The position numbers and the translations under genes are program-made. Positions 47,410 to 59,400 of a stretch of DNA of 64,000 bases are shown piece after piece. The DNA lies in contig NC_052156.1 in NCBI RefSeq assembly GCF_902713615.1, positions 129,146,407 through 129,210,406 of the forward strand, given 5' to 3'. The notes under the pieces are model-generated. The model saw only the letters and a program-made list of their open reading frames with translations, did not search any database and was not told where the DNA came from. The stretch's first letter is position 1. The number at the start of each line of letters is the position of its first letter. This DNA comes from Scyliorhinus canicula. Its lineage: Eukaryota.

Positions 47410-50170
47410 TTATGAGATATGGGAGGTGCGTGAAGCTTCCAGCATTCCGGACAACTACATCTGCAGGAAGTGCACCCAATTGCTGCAGCTCACAGACCGC
47501 ATGGACTGGTTGGAGATGCAGGTGGCGGAATGTGCCATAGACAGGAGTTTTAGTGATGTGGTTACACCCAAGGTGCAGGAATGTAGATGGGTGACGGCTA
47601 GAAGGATCAGGCAGTCAGTGTAGGAATTCCCTGTGGCTGTCCCCCCTCTCTAACAAGTATACCTTTTGGATACAGTTGGGCGGGGGGGCCTATTAGGGGA
47701 AAACAGCAGCAGCCAGAGCTGTGGCAGTATGGCTGGCTCTGTTCAGCAGGGAGGGATAAAGAGCAGAAGAACAATAGCTATAGAGGAGTCTATAGTTAGA
47801 GGCTGAGATAGACGTTTCTGTGGACGTGAAAGAGACTCCAGGGTGGTATGTTGCCTCCCTGGTGCCAGGGTCCAGGATGTCTCAGAACGGGCAGAGGACA
47901 TTCTGAAGGGGGAGGGGGAGCAACCAGAGGTTGTGGTACATATTGATACTAATGACATAGGGAGAAAGATTGACAAGGCCTGGAGCAGGAGTTTTTACGG
48001 AGTTAGGTAGAAAGTTAAAAAAACAGGACCTCTCGGGTTGTAATCTCGGGATTACTCCTTGTGCCACGTGTCAGTGAGGCTAGAAATAGGAAGATAGTCC
48101 AGCTAAACATGTGGCTAAACTGCTGGTGTAGGAGCGATGGTTTTGGATATCTGGACTATTGGGATCTCTCGCGAGGCAGGTGGGCATGTACAAAGAATGA
48201 CGGATTGCATCTAAACTGGAGGGACACCAATATCCTGGCTGCTTGGTTTTCTAGTGTCACACGGGCGGGTTTAAACTAATTTGACAGGGGGGAGGGGGGG
48301 GGGGTGGAACTAGAGCAATGGGTCCGAAGCTGAAATAACTGAGGGGGAACTAGAGAATAGGGGCAGTAAGACTCCGAGGAAGAGCAGGCAGGGAGATGTT
48401 GCAAAACACAGCGGGACTGGTGGTCTGAAGTGCATTTGTATCGATGCGAGAAGTATAACAGGTACGACAGATGACCTTAGAGCTTGGATTAGTACTTGGA
48501 ACTATGATGTTGTCACTACAGAGACTTGGTTGAGAAAGGGACTGGATTGGCATCTAAATGTTCCAGGATTTAGATGTTTCAGGCGGGATAGAGGGAGATG
48601 TAAAAGGGGCGGAGGAGTTGCGCTACAGTTAAGGAGAATATCACAGTTGTATTGGTTTAGGGGCTGGTTTAGCACAGTGGGCTAAATTGCTGGCTTACAA
48701 TGCAGAGCAACGCCAGCAGCACGGGTTCAATTCCCGTACCGGCCTCCCCGAACAGGCGCTGGAATGTGGCGACTAGGGGCTTTTCACAGTAACGCCATTG
48801 AAGCCTACTAAGCGTTTCTTATTATTACTGCTGGAGGATGCCTCAGAGGGCTCATGCAGCGAGGCAATATGGGTAGAGCTCAGGAATAGGAAGGGTGCAG
48901 TCACAATGTTGGTGGTTTATTATAGGCCAGCCAACAGCCAGCAGGAAATAGAGGTACAGATATGGAGGTGGATTTTGGAAAGGTGTAAAAGCAACAGGAT
49001 TGTTGTGGTGAGAGATTGTAACTCCCCGTATATTGACTGCGACGCACTTAGTGCTAGGGGCTTGGATGGGGCAGAGTAAGGAGCATCCAAGAGGGCTTCT
49101 TCAAACAATATGTAGATAGACCAACTAGGGAAGGGGCTGTACTGGGTCTGGTATTGGAGAATAAGCCCAGCTAGGTGGTTGAAGTTTCAGCAGGGGAGCA
49201 TTTCAGGAACAGTGACCATAATTCAGTAAGTTTTATGGTACTGTTGGATGAAACTAAGAGTAGTCCTCGGGTGAAGGTGCTAAATTGGGGGAAGGTTAAT
49301 TATAACAATATTCGTCAGGAACCGAAGAATCTAGATTGGGGGCAGAGGTTTGAGGTTAAATCATCATCTGACATGTGGGAGGCTTTCAAACCTCAATTGA
49401 CAGGAAATCAGGAACGGCATGTTCCTGTGAGAAAGAAGGATAAGTATGGCAAGTTTTGGGAACCTTGCATAATGAGGGATATTGTGAGCCTAATGCAAAA
49501 GAAAATGAAGTATTTGTAAGGGCTAGAAGGCTGGGAACAGTCGAAACCCATGAGGATGTAAGGAAAGTAGGAAGGAACTTGAGCAACGAGTCGTGAGTGC
49601 TTAAAGGGGTCGCAAAAAATAATTGGCAAACAGGATTAAGGAAAATCCCAAAGTGAGGCTTACATCAGTGGTAGGGAAATTATTGGAGAGGATCCTTCGA
49701 GGCAGGATTTGCTCCCATTTGGAAGCAAATGACCCTATTCGCGAGAGGCAGTATGGTTTCGAGAAAGTGACAAAGATTATTGATGAAGGTAGGGCAGTGG
49801 ATGTTGTCTACATGGACTTCAGTAATGCCTTTGACAAGATCCTTCATGGCAGACTGGAACAGAAGGTGAAGTCATACGGGATCAGAGGTTAGCTAGCAAG
49901 ATGGATACAGAACTGGCTCGGTCATAGAACACGGAGCGTAACAGTGGAAGGGTGCTTTTTTGAATGCAGGGTTGTGATGTGTTCTGCAGGGATCAGTAGT
50001 GGGACCTTTGCAGTTTGTGGTATTTATAAATGATTTGGAGGAAACTGGCCTGATTACTGATGACACAAAGGTTGATGGAATTGCAGATAATGATGAGGAC
50101 TGTCAGAGGATACAGCAGGATTTAGATCGGTTGAAGACTTGGGCGGAGAGATGGCAGATGGAGTTTAATC
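47410..50170 (+). mobile_element. CR1 LINE: ORF1 (zinc finger + SGNH esterase-like), ORF2 endonuclease and partial RT; 3' end missing
   Basis: YICRKC; SIVRG.DRRFCG..CCLPGARVQD..VVHIDTND; DGLHLN; NARS-like CIDARSI, TETWL, VYYRP, SDHN; VYMDFSNAFDK; ends at WAERWQMEFNP. Confidence 0.9.
48660..48826 (+). mobile_element. Short tRNA-derived SINE (Rex-like tail) inside the CR1 endonuclease
   Basis: ggggctggtttagcacagtgggctaaa...gcgactaggggcttttcacagtaac. Confidence 0.85.
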
Positions 50171-51889
50171 CTGCAAGGCTCAACATTGCGGTTAGTATCC
50201 TGTTGCCCCTTGGACGGTGGTTCCTGCCATGGGGGAGTCCGGTGGGTAGGTCCACATACGGAGAGGTGAAGTTTGGGAAAGATTCTGAATGCAGTGTCCA
50301 GAAATGAGCATTATTCACCTAGGGAGTCAATTGGCCAGTTCTCATCTACTCGTAGTTTCTTAGGAGGTGGGTTGTGGATCCAAGGGATTAGTTCTCACAG
50401 TTCTTATTATTCTTCACTTTTCCTCTGACTTTGAGAGATTTTTGAGGGCATTTCCTTCTACTTCTCCCCGAGTAAAGGGTGCATGCGAGGGCTGGCTATG
50501 GTGTTTTTAGATGTTGAGTCTTGATGCATTGAACATTCAGTCACTCATCTATGGTTGCCTTTGGGTGGCTGAATCCTTTCTTCTTTAGAGTGGTCCTGAT
50601 TTTGGGCGATGGGAGACTCATGTGTTTGGGAGGGGCCGGTCAGATCTTCCTCACAGGGCACTCCCCTCTATGGGGTTTGCGCTGACGACCCTCCCATCCT
50701 GGAGTGGATGTGGTTTTTGGCCCCACGATATCCAGTTGCCCTCTCGAGGGTGGGACTGGAGCTGGTGGTGCGGTGATCTGTTTTGCCCTTTGATGAGGGG
50801 ATGGTGGAAGTGCAGATTCTTGCTCTTGGCTCCTGTGTTTGCTCTTTTCCACTTCTCCTATGGGTAACCCTCGACTGAGTATTTAGGTCTTCTCGTTCTC
50901 TTTGATTTTGTCATTTTACCATCTCGAAGGTGTAGGGTGGTTGCTTCTTTCGGTCTGGATCTGGAGAAGAGTTTAAACTCTGCTGTGAGAGTTAGTCGAT
51001 TCCCCCTTAGCACTGAGGTTCTCTGGGTATTATTGTATTCTCTGTCATTTTGTTTTGTAGCTGTGGGTGAGGTGTAGGTCTCTAATGTTGCCTGTGAATG
51101 CACGGCAGAGCTGCAGAGCACTTGATGAAAACATCACATTGAACAAAATCTTGCGCATAGATCTTGCGTTAATGAGGGGGGGGGGGGGGGGGAGGTGTTA
51201 AACATTGAAGGACAATTAGCTTAACATGAATAGTACATAGTGGGGAATCAGGACAACATTTTGACAAAATCCATTCTTGTAATAACTCAGCTCAATTTGT
51301 ATTGCAGCGTACACAAAAAAAGAATGAGGTTTTGCATCTTGCAAACCTGTGATCCTGCATCGTTTGTTATGTCATTGAAAAAGTTCCATCTGGATCCAGC
51401 TCCTTTATATATCTGTTTGCAGATGCATGATCACGGTACGTTATAAATTACGAACTGATTTTAGACAAAATGTAACAAATTGCAGCAATTAATTTCAATC
51501 GTGTTCTGTAAGAGCATAATTTACAGTTACTGCCTCAGCTTGCACACCATACAGTAAATCTAAACAACCTTAATCTTGAGTTTTCGGAGCAAAATTAGTA
51601 TTCACAACAATCTAAATGGTTGCACATTGCATCCATTATGGTGTACTTCGCTTGCCGAATAGTACCACATAATGGATTGGATATGTATGTGCGAACACTG
51701 CCATTTTCACAAAAATACAGATCATATGCTGATTTCTTAAAAGCCGCAGCCACGGGGTGAGTAATCCATTCCAGTGCAGCATGTGGGCTGTGCATTAGGA
51801 TGCAGCCGACATTTCAGACTTCCATGCCCGCCTCCGGAAGATACCAAATAACACGTCAGCCGAGCCAATTAACAGTACTGGGTGGGTTC

Positions 51890-52167
51890 CGGGTTGCAGG
51901 GTCCCAGGTTCGATTCCCGGCTTGGGTCACTCTCTGTGCAGAGTCTGCACGTTCTCCCCGTGTCTGCGTGGGTTTCCTCAGGGTGCTCCGGTTTCCTCCC
52001 ACAAGTCCCGAAAGACGTGCTTATTAGGTGAATTTGATATTTTGAATTCTCCCTCTATGTCCCCGAACAGGCGCCAGAGTGTGGCGACCAGGGGATTTTC
52101 ACAGTATCTTCACTGCAGTGTTAATGTAAGCCGACTTGTGACACTAATGAAGGTTATTATTATTATA
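51890..52167 (+). mobile_element. V-SINE with Rex-like tail
   Basis: B box, V domain, tail ...gtgttaatgtaagccgacttgtgacactaatgaagg(tta)n. Confidence 0.85.
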
Positions 52168-53477
52168 TCATGCCCAATCGCCAGCATGGAATATCCAGCG
52201 TTGGAGCTCACTGGCCAGGAAACAGATCGAGGTCTGTCATTTGAAGGGCCGTTTTGGCCTCTTGAGCCGAGCAGTGCAGAAATCAACCTCTCTGCAAGAG
52301 GTTTCAGGTTCATAAATCATCATTTTTTTTAAGCCAGTATCCATCTACGTCTTCCATGAAGTACTTCCAGCAGCCAAAGAATACTGAACAGCCAAGATTT
52401 AACTCTGCCCTCAGACAACCCACCATTACAACCAACCTGATGATAAAAATGGAAATATGGCTGGTGTAAATCTCATTCTGAAAGGCTTTTATTCCATTCT
52501 ACCCATACTACAATAGTCGATTACTTTTTTTTTAATAAGCAAAACTTGCTTTTTACCTTCAATTTCCATAGTAACAGGCAGGGTTCTGATTTCCAGGTCC
52601 TAACTATAATCTCAGACTGGCAGATGATGCCAGGAGAACGAGACCTGATGGCTTTGTGGCCGATGACATGTTGGCGCATGCACTTTTCACTCCTGATTTC
52701 TGAGTGTATTGTTCAGGCCCAAGTCAATTGAGGGACGAGTTGGTCAGATTCTCACTCCTGGTGGCTTTCCAGGGACCACGACTGAAAGGTGGATGTCAGC
52801 AAGGTGTCCTGTGAGCTGCTGTGGTGCTTTGGGATGTTTTACTATGTTAATGGAAGTTGATTTATTGAGAAGGCCTTGACTATGAAATTCTACACAGTTC
52901 AATAGTCTGCCAAGCAGAGTTGCCGAAGCTCACACTTGGAAAAGTGCTCCAATTCTTGGCACTAATCTCCATGAGACACGCAGTCTACCAAAACATAACA
53001 TGGAAATAATGACTGTGACCTAACTGGTAGAAGCTCTTTCTAATTCATCAAAAACACTGCCAGCAGTTAACAGCCGTAACAGCAAGTAACTACTTGCAGC
53101 GTAAGATACATCTGTTCAGCTTACTGCGGAAAACCTAGGATTCTTAGTAATTAATATTGCAGCTGCAAAACCATCCTCTCTGTTTGAGCATTTTAGGACA
53201 AAAGCATAATCTTTTTTAGCTATTTACATTCAGAGATGCTCCTGTGCTTCAACAGCTTTACTTTCTAAAACTACAGCCTTCAATATTCAATTTGGCGCTG
53301 CTGGGGAGAAAATCCAGTTTTCAGTATATATACACGACAGATTATATTGAATTATATTGTTTCATTACCATTTAATTCATTTTCTAGTGTTCGGATTCAA
53401 TTCACCTTTTCCTTGCTCACATTTTCTTCCAGTTGCTTCCCCTTTCCGTGTCACCTGAATGTGTTAGCGTGGCAGAC

Positions 53478-53580
53478 AGGGGGAGAATGTGAAAATTCCA
53501 CACGGACAGTGACCTGGGGTCAGGACTGAAACCGGGTCCTCGGCGCTGTGAGGCAGTAGTGCTTACCGCTGTGCCGCCCC
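53478..53580 (-). mobile_element. SINE tRNA head fragment
   Basis: ggggcggcacagcggtaagcactactgcctcacagcgccgaggacccgg on -. Confidence 0.7.
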
Positions 53581-53879
53581 TTAGATATGTACTTCTAAGA
53601 AGGGTCACTAGGTAGTGATTGGATGTGGGAGCCCTAACAAATTTTTCGATCCCTAAATAAATATGGCAGATGAGCATTTATTAATCCGCAACACACTTTC
53701 AGGAATCCCTCAGGAATCTATTTGACCCCAATATGTTTCCCACCTTTGTTAATGTCACTGAGGATACTTGCGCGCTCTTTTCTTTAATACTTTTACTAGT
53801 AGCCGAATTAACTAAGATTGAATTAAATTAACAAGGAATATAACACTTTACACTCTGAGCTTGCTACACATCATATTTA

Positions 53880-54066
53880 GGGGCTGTTTAGCACAGGGCT
53901 AAATCGCTGGCTTTGAAAGCAGACCAAGCAGGCCAGCAGCACCGTTCAATTCCTGTACCAGCCTCCCCGAACAGGCGCCGGAATGTGGCGACTAGGGGCT
54001 TTTCACAGTAACTTCATTTGAAGGCTACTCGTGACAATAAGCGATTTTCGTTTCATTTCATTTCAT
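53880..54066 (+). mobile_element. Short tRNA-derived SINE (Rex-like tail)
   Basis: Same family as 11204-11384; ends gtgacaataagcgattttcgtttcatttcatttc. Confidence 0.88.
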
Positions 54067-54814
54067 TAATGGTCACCATTTTGTTAATTTTTCTTGTGAA
54101 AAACAAAATCTCCTCCTGTGTCACAGTTATATCATTGGTGAAAGATAACAGCCCTATTTCATGGACATGGGATATATTCAAACCTAAATCGAGTGCAGGC
54201 AAAAGCCATCAAGCCAGGTTTATGGCTAATTTTTAGATGCGTCATTTGATGCAATTTTCTCTGCAGCTCGTGTCGTGTTTATGCATTAGTGCCACATGAA
54301 ATGGTGCTGCTCAAAACGCGTCGGATACTTCAGTGTTCGCAGCAGTCCCAGATGTAAATTTCATGAAACACCCGAGCTTGTTCGAATAGCCCCTTGCTAC
54401 ATTCTGTTGCTGTGCCATCAACTTAGAAAGTGAGAGAATGTCAAGTGTAAAATTAAAATGAGTGGATATTGGTAGCTCAGTATTCTTTAGGTGGTCTACT
54501 TAATGGTTGTAATTATTTTCAAACTTGTGAATGTTGCAGTCAGAGTTTTAGAGCACAGAAAGATGCTAATTTGAAATATTAGTTTTTCCTACAGCTTTAT
54601 GCCATTACTGATTTCTCAATTGTCAGCAATGTCGCTGTTTAACAAACTTGTTATCTAGCTTTAAGGTTAGTTTTGCATGTGTACAGGGTGAGACTGAGAC
54701 GGGTAGGATTAGCACCACTGTAAAGGTCCTGAACCACTTTTTTTAATCCTCTACATTTCAAGAACAGGAAGTTAATATTTTGATTTAAGATTTATTCCTG
54801 ATTAACACAAGCAT

Positions 54815-55055
54815 GGCCCCTAGACTACCCTAATTCTGGTCTCCCATTGATGTAAACATCTCTGTCTACCCAATCGAACCCTTTGATAATCTTAAAGGCC
54901 TCTATCATATTCCCCTTCAATCTGTTCTTTTGTAGATAAAACAGCATCGGCCTGTTTGGTTTTTCCTGATAACTTTTCATTTCTGGTATCATTCCAGTAA
55001 ATCTTTTTTCACTTTCTCCCGTATCTCCAAATCTTTTTTTATAATGGTAATACGG
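54815..55055 (-). mobile_element. Old CR1 ORF2 C-terminal fragment
   Basis: KRFTGMIPEM..RLKGNMIEAFKIIKGFD. Confidence 0.7.
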
Positions 55056-55059
55056 TTTA

Positions 55060-55575
55060 ATCAAAGCATATTCGCCACATCTAGAGTACTGTGTGCCTGC
55101 ACCAGAAAGGGTGCACAGGAGATTCACCAGGATGTTGCTGGGCTGGAGCGTTTCAGCTATGAAGAGAGGCTGGTTAGGCCGGGATTGTTTTCCTTCGAGC
55201 ATAGCAGACTGAGGAGGGACCTGATTGATGTCAGAAAATTATGAGGAACAAATAAGGGGAAGATACTTCCCCCTTAGTAGAGGGGTCAATAACCAGGGAG
55301 CATAGATTTAAGGTAAGGGACAAGAGATTTAGAAGGGGATTTGAGGAAAAACATTTTCACCAAGTGGGTGGTGGGAATCTGGAATTCGCTGAAAGGGTGG
55401 TCGAGGCACGAACCCTCACAACATTTAAGAAGCAGTTAGATGAGCGCTTGAAATGTCATAGCACACAATTTATGGACCAAGTGCTAGAAAATGGGATTAG
55501 AATAGATAGGTACTTGATGGCTGGCACACATTCGATGGGCCAAAGGGCCTCTTTCTGTGCTGTAAAACTCTGACT
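55060..55575 (+). mobile_element. CR1 LINE 3' end
   Basis: PHLEYCV, FSYEERL..GLFS.E..RLRRDLI; tail gggccaaagggcctctttctgtgctgtaaaactct. Confidence 0.8.
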
Positions 55576-55692
55576 GTGACTTTCACAAGTTTACTTCTCG
55601 GCTTTTCAATTCAAACATCAACAGGCGATCACTACTTTTAGTGATTCATGTATCTATCCCCCGATTCCTCTGTTCCTCTATCGCACATATGT

Positions 55693-55931
55693 GGAGGCAG
55701 TGACTTAGTGATATTATCACTGGGCAGACAATGCAGAGACCCAGTAATACTTGAGGACCCAGGTTCGAATCCCACCATGACAGATGGTGAAATTTGAATT
55801 CAATAAAAATCTGGATTTAAAAGTCGAATGATGACCATGAAACCATGTTGATTGGTGTAAAAACCCATCTGGTTCACTCATGTCCTTCAGGGAAGGAAAT
55901 CTGCAATTCTTACCTGGTCTGACCTACATGT
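55693..55931 (+). mobile_element. DeuSINE (SacSINE1-like), 3'-truncated
   Basis: tRNA head with ggttcgaatccc, then aaaacccatctggttcactcatgtccttcagggaaggaaatctgc..ttacctggtctg, recalled as the Deu domain. Confidence 0.7.
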
Positions 55932-55955
55932 AAGGTTCGGTTTCAGTCTTGCGTG

Positions 55956-56302
55956 AACATATCATAGCATTTACAGTGCAGAGGCCATTCAGCCCATCGA
56001 GTCTGCACCGGCTCTTTGAAAGAGCACCCTACACAAGCCCACACTTCCACCCTATCCCCATAACCCAGTAACCCCCACCCAACACTAAGGGCAATTTTGG
56101 ACACTAAAGGCAATTTATCATGGCCAATCCACCTAACCTGCACATCTTTGGACTGTGGGAGGAAACTACAGCAGCCGGGGGAAACCCACGCACACACTGG
56201 GAGAACGTGCAGACTCTGCACAGACAATGACCCAAGCCGGGAATCGAACCTGGGACCCTGGAACTGTGAAACAATTGTGCTAACCACTATGCTACCGTGC
56301 TT
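55956..56302 (-). mobile_element. HE1/V-SINE, full length
   Basis: Head, V domain and CR1-type tail on -. Confidence 0.9.
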
Positions 56303-56305
56303 CAC

Positions 56306-56566
56306 ATCTGTGTGGAGTTTGCACCTTCTCCCCGTGTCTGCATGGGTTTCCTCTGCGGGTTACAGTTCTCTCTCACAGTCCAAAGATATGTAAGTGAGGT
56401 GAATTGGCCACGCTAAATTGCCCCTTAGTGTCATAAAATGTGCAGGTTAGGTGGGGTTATGGGGATAGGGCAGGGGAGTGGACATGGGTAGGGTGCTCTT
56501 TCAGAGGGTTGGTGCAGACTCTGGGCCAAATGGACTCCGTCTGCACTGCAGGGATTCTATGGATTC
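56306..56566 (+). mobile_element. HE1/V-SINE body and tail (head remnant at ~55932-55955)
   Basis: Starts at tctgtgtggagtttgcac; ends gggattctatgg. Confidence 0.8.
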
Positions 56567-57279
56567 CTTTTGAGATAATCTACAGCTCTTTGCAACTGCT
56601 CAACCTCAGGGTACAGAACCATGTGTTTCAGTGCCACGGAATATACAGTTAATGCCAAGTCAATGGCATGTGGGAGAACTATGATTCAACAGCTGGGAAC
56701 AAACCAAGTCAGAGGGACACAGAAAGGGAATGTGTTTGCAGTTTCTACAGCTCTAGCCATTCTTTTGTTGCTGTTTCACTGCATCAATCCTGCTGCCCAT
56801 CTTGACTTAACGGAAAACTAGCTCTTTGGGTAGTCAGCATCTTGATTTGGCCACTTGTGGCTTCATGTGCTCTGGTAGTGTCACCCGCCTGTAATATTGT
56901 GGCCTTATCCTTTCCAATCAGTGTTTTTTTATAATTCGTGGTGTGCAGTCCTTCAAATGAGCTGATCTGTCAGTCTTTCATCTGTGTCCTTGGATTTGCA
57001 TTTTCGGGCTGCATTTTTCAATCTTGTTCAGAAATTGTCAACAGGCTCACCTGGTTCCTGCCTCAGGCTTTGAGATGGGTGCTTAATTGTTCAGAAATTT
57101 TGACTGGGTTTCCACTGTCATCCTCACTAATCTCCCAGCTATTAACACATTTAATCCTTATCCACCTGTCTATTGAGCTGACCATTTCCTCTTCACTGGA
57201 AAGCTGTCATTTGGAAAACTGTTGAATGTCGGTCTTCACTTTTTAAAAAAACTTCTCATATATATATATATTTATGGGG

Positions 57280-57672
57280 GGGGGGGGGGATCTCCTAGAG
57301 ACTTATAAAATTCTACCAGGACTAGACAGGGTAGATGCAGAGAAGATGTTACCAATGATGGGTGTGTCCAGAACCAAGGGTCACAGTCTGAGGACTCAGG
57401 GTAAACCATTTCTGACAGAGATGAGGAGACATTTATTCACCCAAAGAGTGGCGAGCCTGTTGAATTCATTACCACAGGAAGTAGTTGATGCTAAGTCATT
57501 GAATATATTCAAGAGGCGGCTAGATATAGCACTTGGGGAGAATGGGATCAAAGGCTATGGGGAGAAAGTAGGATTAGGCTATTGAATTGGATGATCAGCC
57601 ATGATCGTGATTCATGGCAGAGCAGGCTTGAAGGGCCAAAAGGCCTCCTGCTCCTATCTTCTCTGTACCTAT
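57280..57672 (+). mobile_element. CR1 LINE 3' end
   Basis: GDLLETYKIL.GLDRVD..TKGHSL..FTQRV..LLNSLP plus tail; preceded by (TA)n and poly-G. Confidence 0.88.
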
Positions 57673-58113
57673 GACATCTTCAGTTTCCCAATTCATCAAG
57701 TGGCTTCTCCATCAATGCATCATGCTGCTGTACCTCTCCACTGTCTTCACCGATGGACCCATGCCGCAGCAGCCTGGGAAACAAGTTCCTGCTGCCATCT
57801 GTAGGGTGGTACTTCTTCACACAGTCAACAATGAACATCTCCACTTTGCTGCTGACAACAAGTCTATGAAGATAAGGCTTAGTTCCTATAATTGCACCAT
57901 GGTATACTGTTGTACGAATGTCAGACAAGAGTCAAAATATTTCTCGGGACGCCTACCCACTTGAAACAATTAAACACAGATGCTAACATAATGGAGAGAG
58001 ATATTTTAAATAAACATTTGTACAATAAAATCCAATCTCATATTTCAAGACCATAAGGTTTACATTTTGGGGTGCACCTTGTTGGTTCCCAATATTGCTG
58101 CCACTCTTCTTAC

Positions 58114-58438
58114 AGGGCAGCACGGTAGCATAGTGGTTAGCACTGTGGCTTCATAGCGCCAGAGTCCCAGGTTTGATTCCCTGCTGGGTCACTGCCTGTG
58201 CAGAGTCTGCACGTTCTTCCCCGTGTCTGCATGGATTTCCTCCGGGTGCTCCGGTTTCCTCCCACAGTCCAAAGATGTGCAGGTTAGGTGGATTGGCCAT
58301 GCTAAATTGCCCTTCATGTCCAAAAAGGTTACATGGGGTTATTGGGTTAAGGGGATAGGATTGAAGTGAGGGCTTAAGTGGGTCGGTGCAGGCTCGATGG
58401 GCCAAATGGCCTCCTTCTGCACTGTATGTTCTATGTTC
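58114..58438 (+). mobile_element. HE1/V-SINE, full length
   Basis: gggcagcacggtagcatagtggttagc...ctgtatgttctatgttct. Confidence 0.9.
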
Positions 58439-58904
58439 TTCCGTAATCTGAACAGTCATTCAAATGTTTTAGAAGTAAAGCGATTGAGTAAAAGGTACTA
58501 GCAGCTCAAGAAATAGATTTCAATGTGCACCTGACTGAACAACACTGAAATTATGTACATCTGCCAAGTTCAGGCTGCATGTTCCAACTTCAATACTAAG
58601 TCATAACTCCAGACAATAAATATAATGCCAAAAATTAGGATTTGGAGAAGTCTCAGGTTTTTAAGTAAAACTGTCAAGAAAGGAAAGGACAAACACAGAA
58701 GACAATTCAGAGATTACATTTAACCAGGCTATTGAGAAAGGTAGAAACTGTTTGGTATTTTCACTTTTATGTGAAAATGTATTCAGGAAATCAGAAATTT
58801 CAGTTACAGCAACAGAAATAGATATTGAACAGCCATTTTCACCCAGGCATTTTGAATGATTTGTATGAAACTGGTGGTTAGAATTCTCCATCTCAGAATT
58901 CTTT

Positions 58905-59400
58905 ACTCATAGTACAATATAGCAGTATTGTGCATCACAGCAACATCTTTAACGTTGAAAACACCTATTACAGTGTGACTTCTAGGAATAATGAGTCTTG
59001 GAAATACTTAATAATGTTTCCAATTAAAGGCATGTCCCGCATTCTCAATTCAAATATGCACCAGTGTAGTGTTAATTGTTAAGTATGTAATTGCAGCCAT
59101 TTTGAGCATAATAAAACACCTCAGATGAGATGAATCCGAATTTAATCTAATTTTATTAACAATTGTTTGAAGGGCACCAGGACTGGTTCGTTGCCTTCTT
59201 CAAATACTCCCATCAGATCTGAACGTACACTTCACCATTCAGCCTGGGCCTCCGTTTTTAATTCCTTATCTAAGGATGAGAATTCCTTCAATAGTGCAGT
59301 GGCGTGTCAGTCTAAATTACACATTCAAGCCCTTCAACAGAGCTCGAGTCCACAGCCTTGTGTCTTAAAGCACAGAAAACCAGCAATTAAGTGAAGCTGT
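58905..59400 (-). mobile_element. Very old SINE with L2-type tail
   Basis: Resembles 36488-36625 at the left; possible degraded tRNA head at the right. Confidence 0.35.

Noticed and set aside
52880-53060. Possible LF-SINE-like fragment (aattcttggcactaat)
   Set aside because: The match is too short to support.
54815-55575. Head-to-head CR1 pieces as a twin-priming inversion
   Set aside because: Both cover the same part of ORF2 and differ strongly, so they are independent copies.
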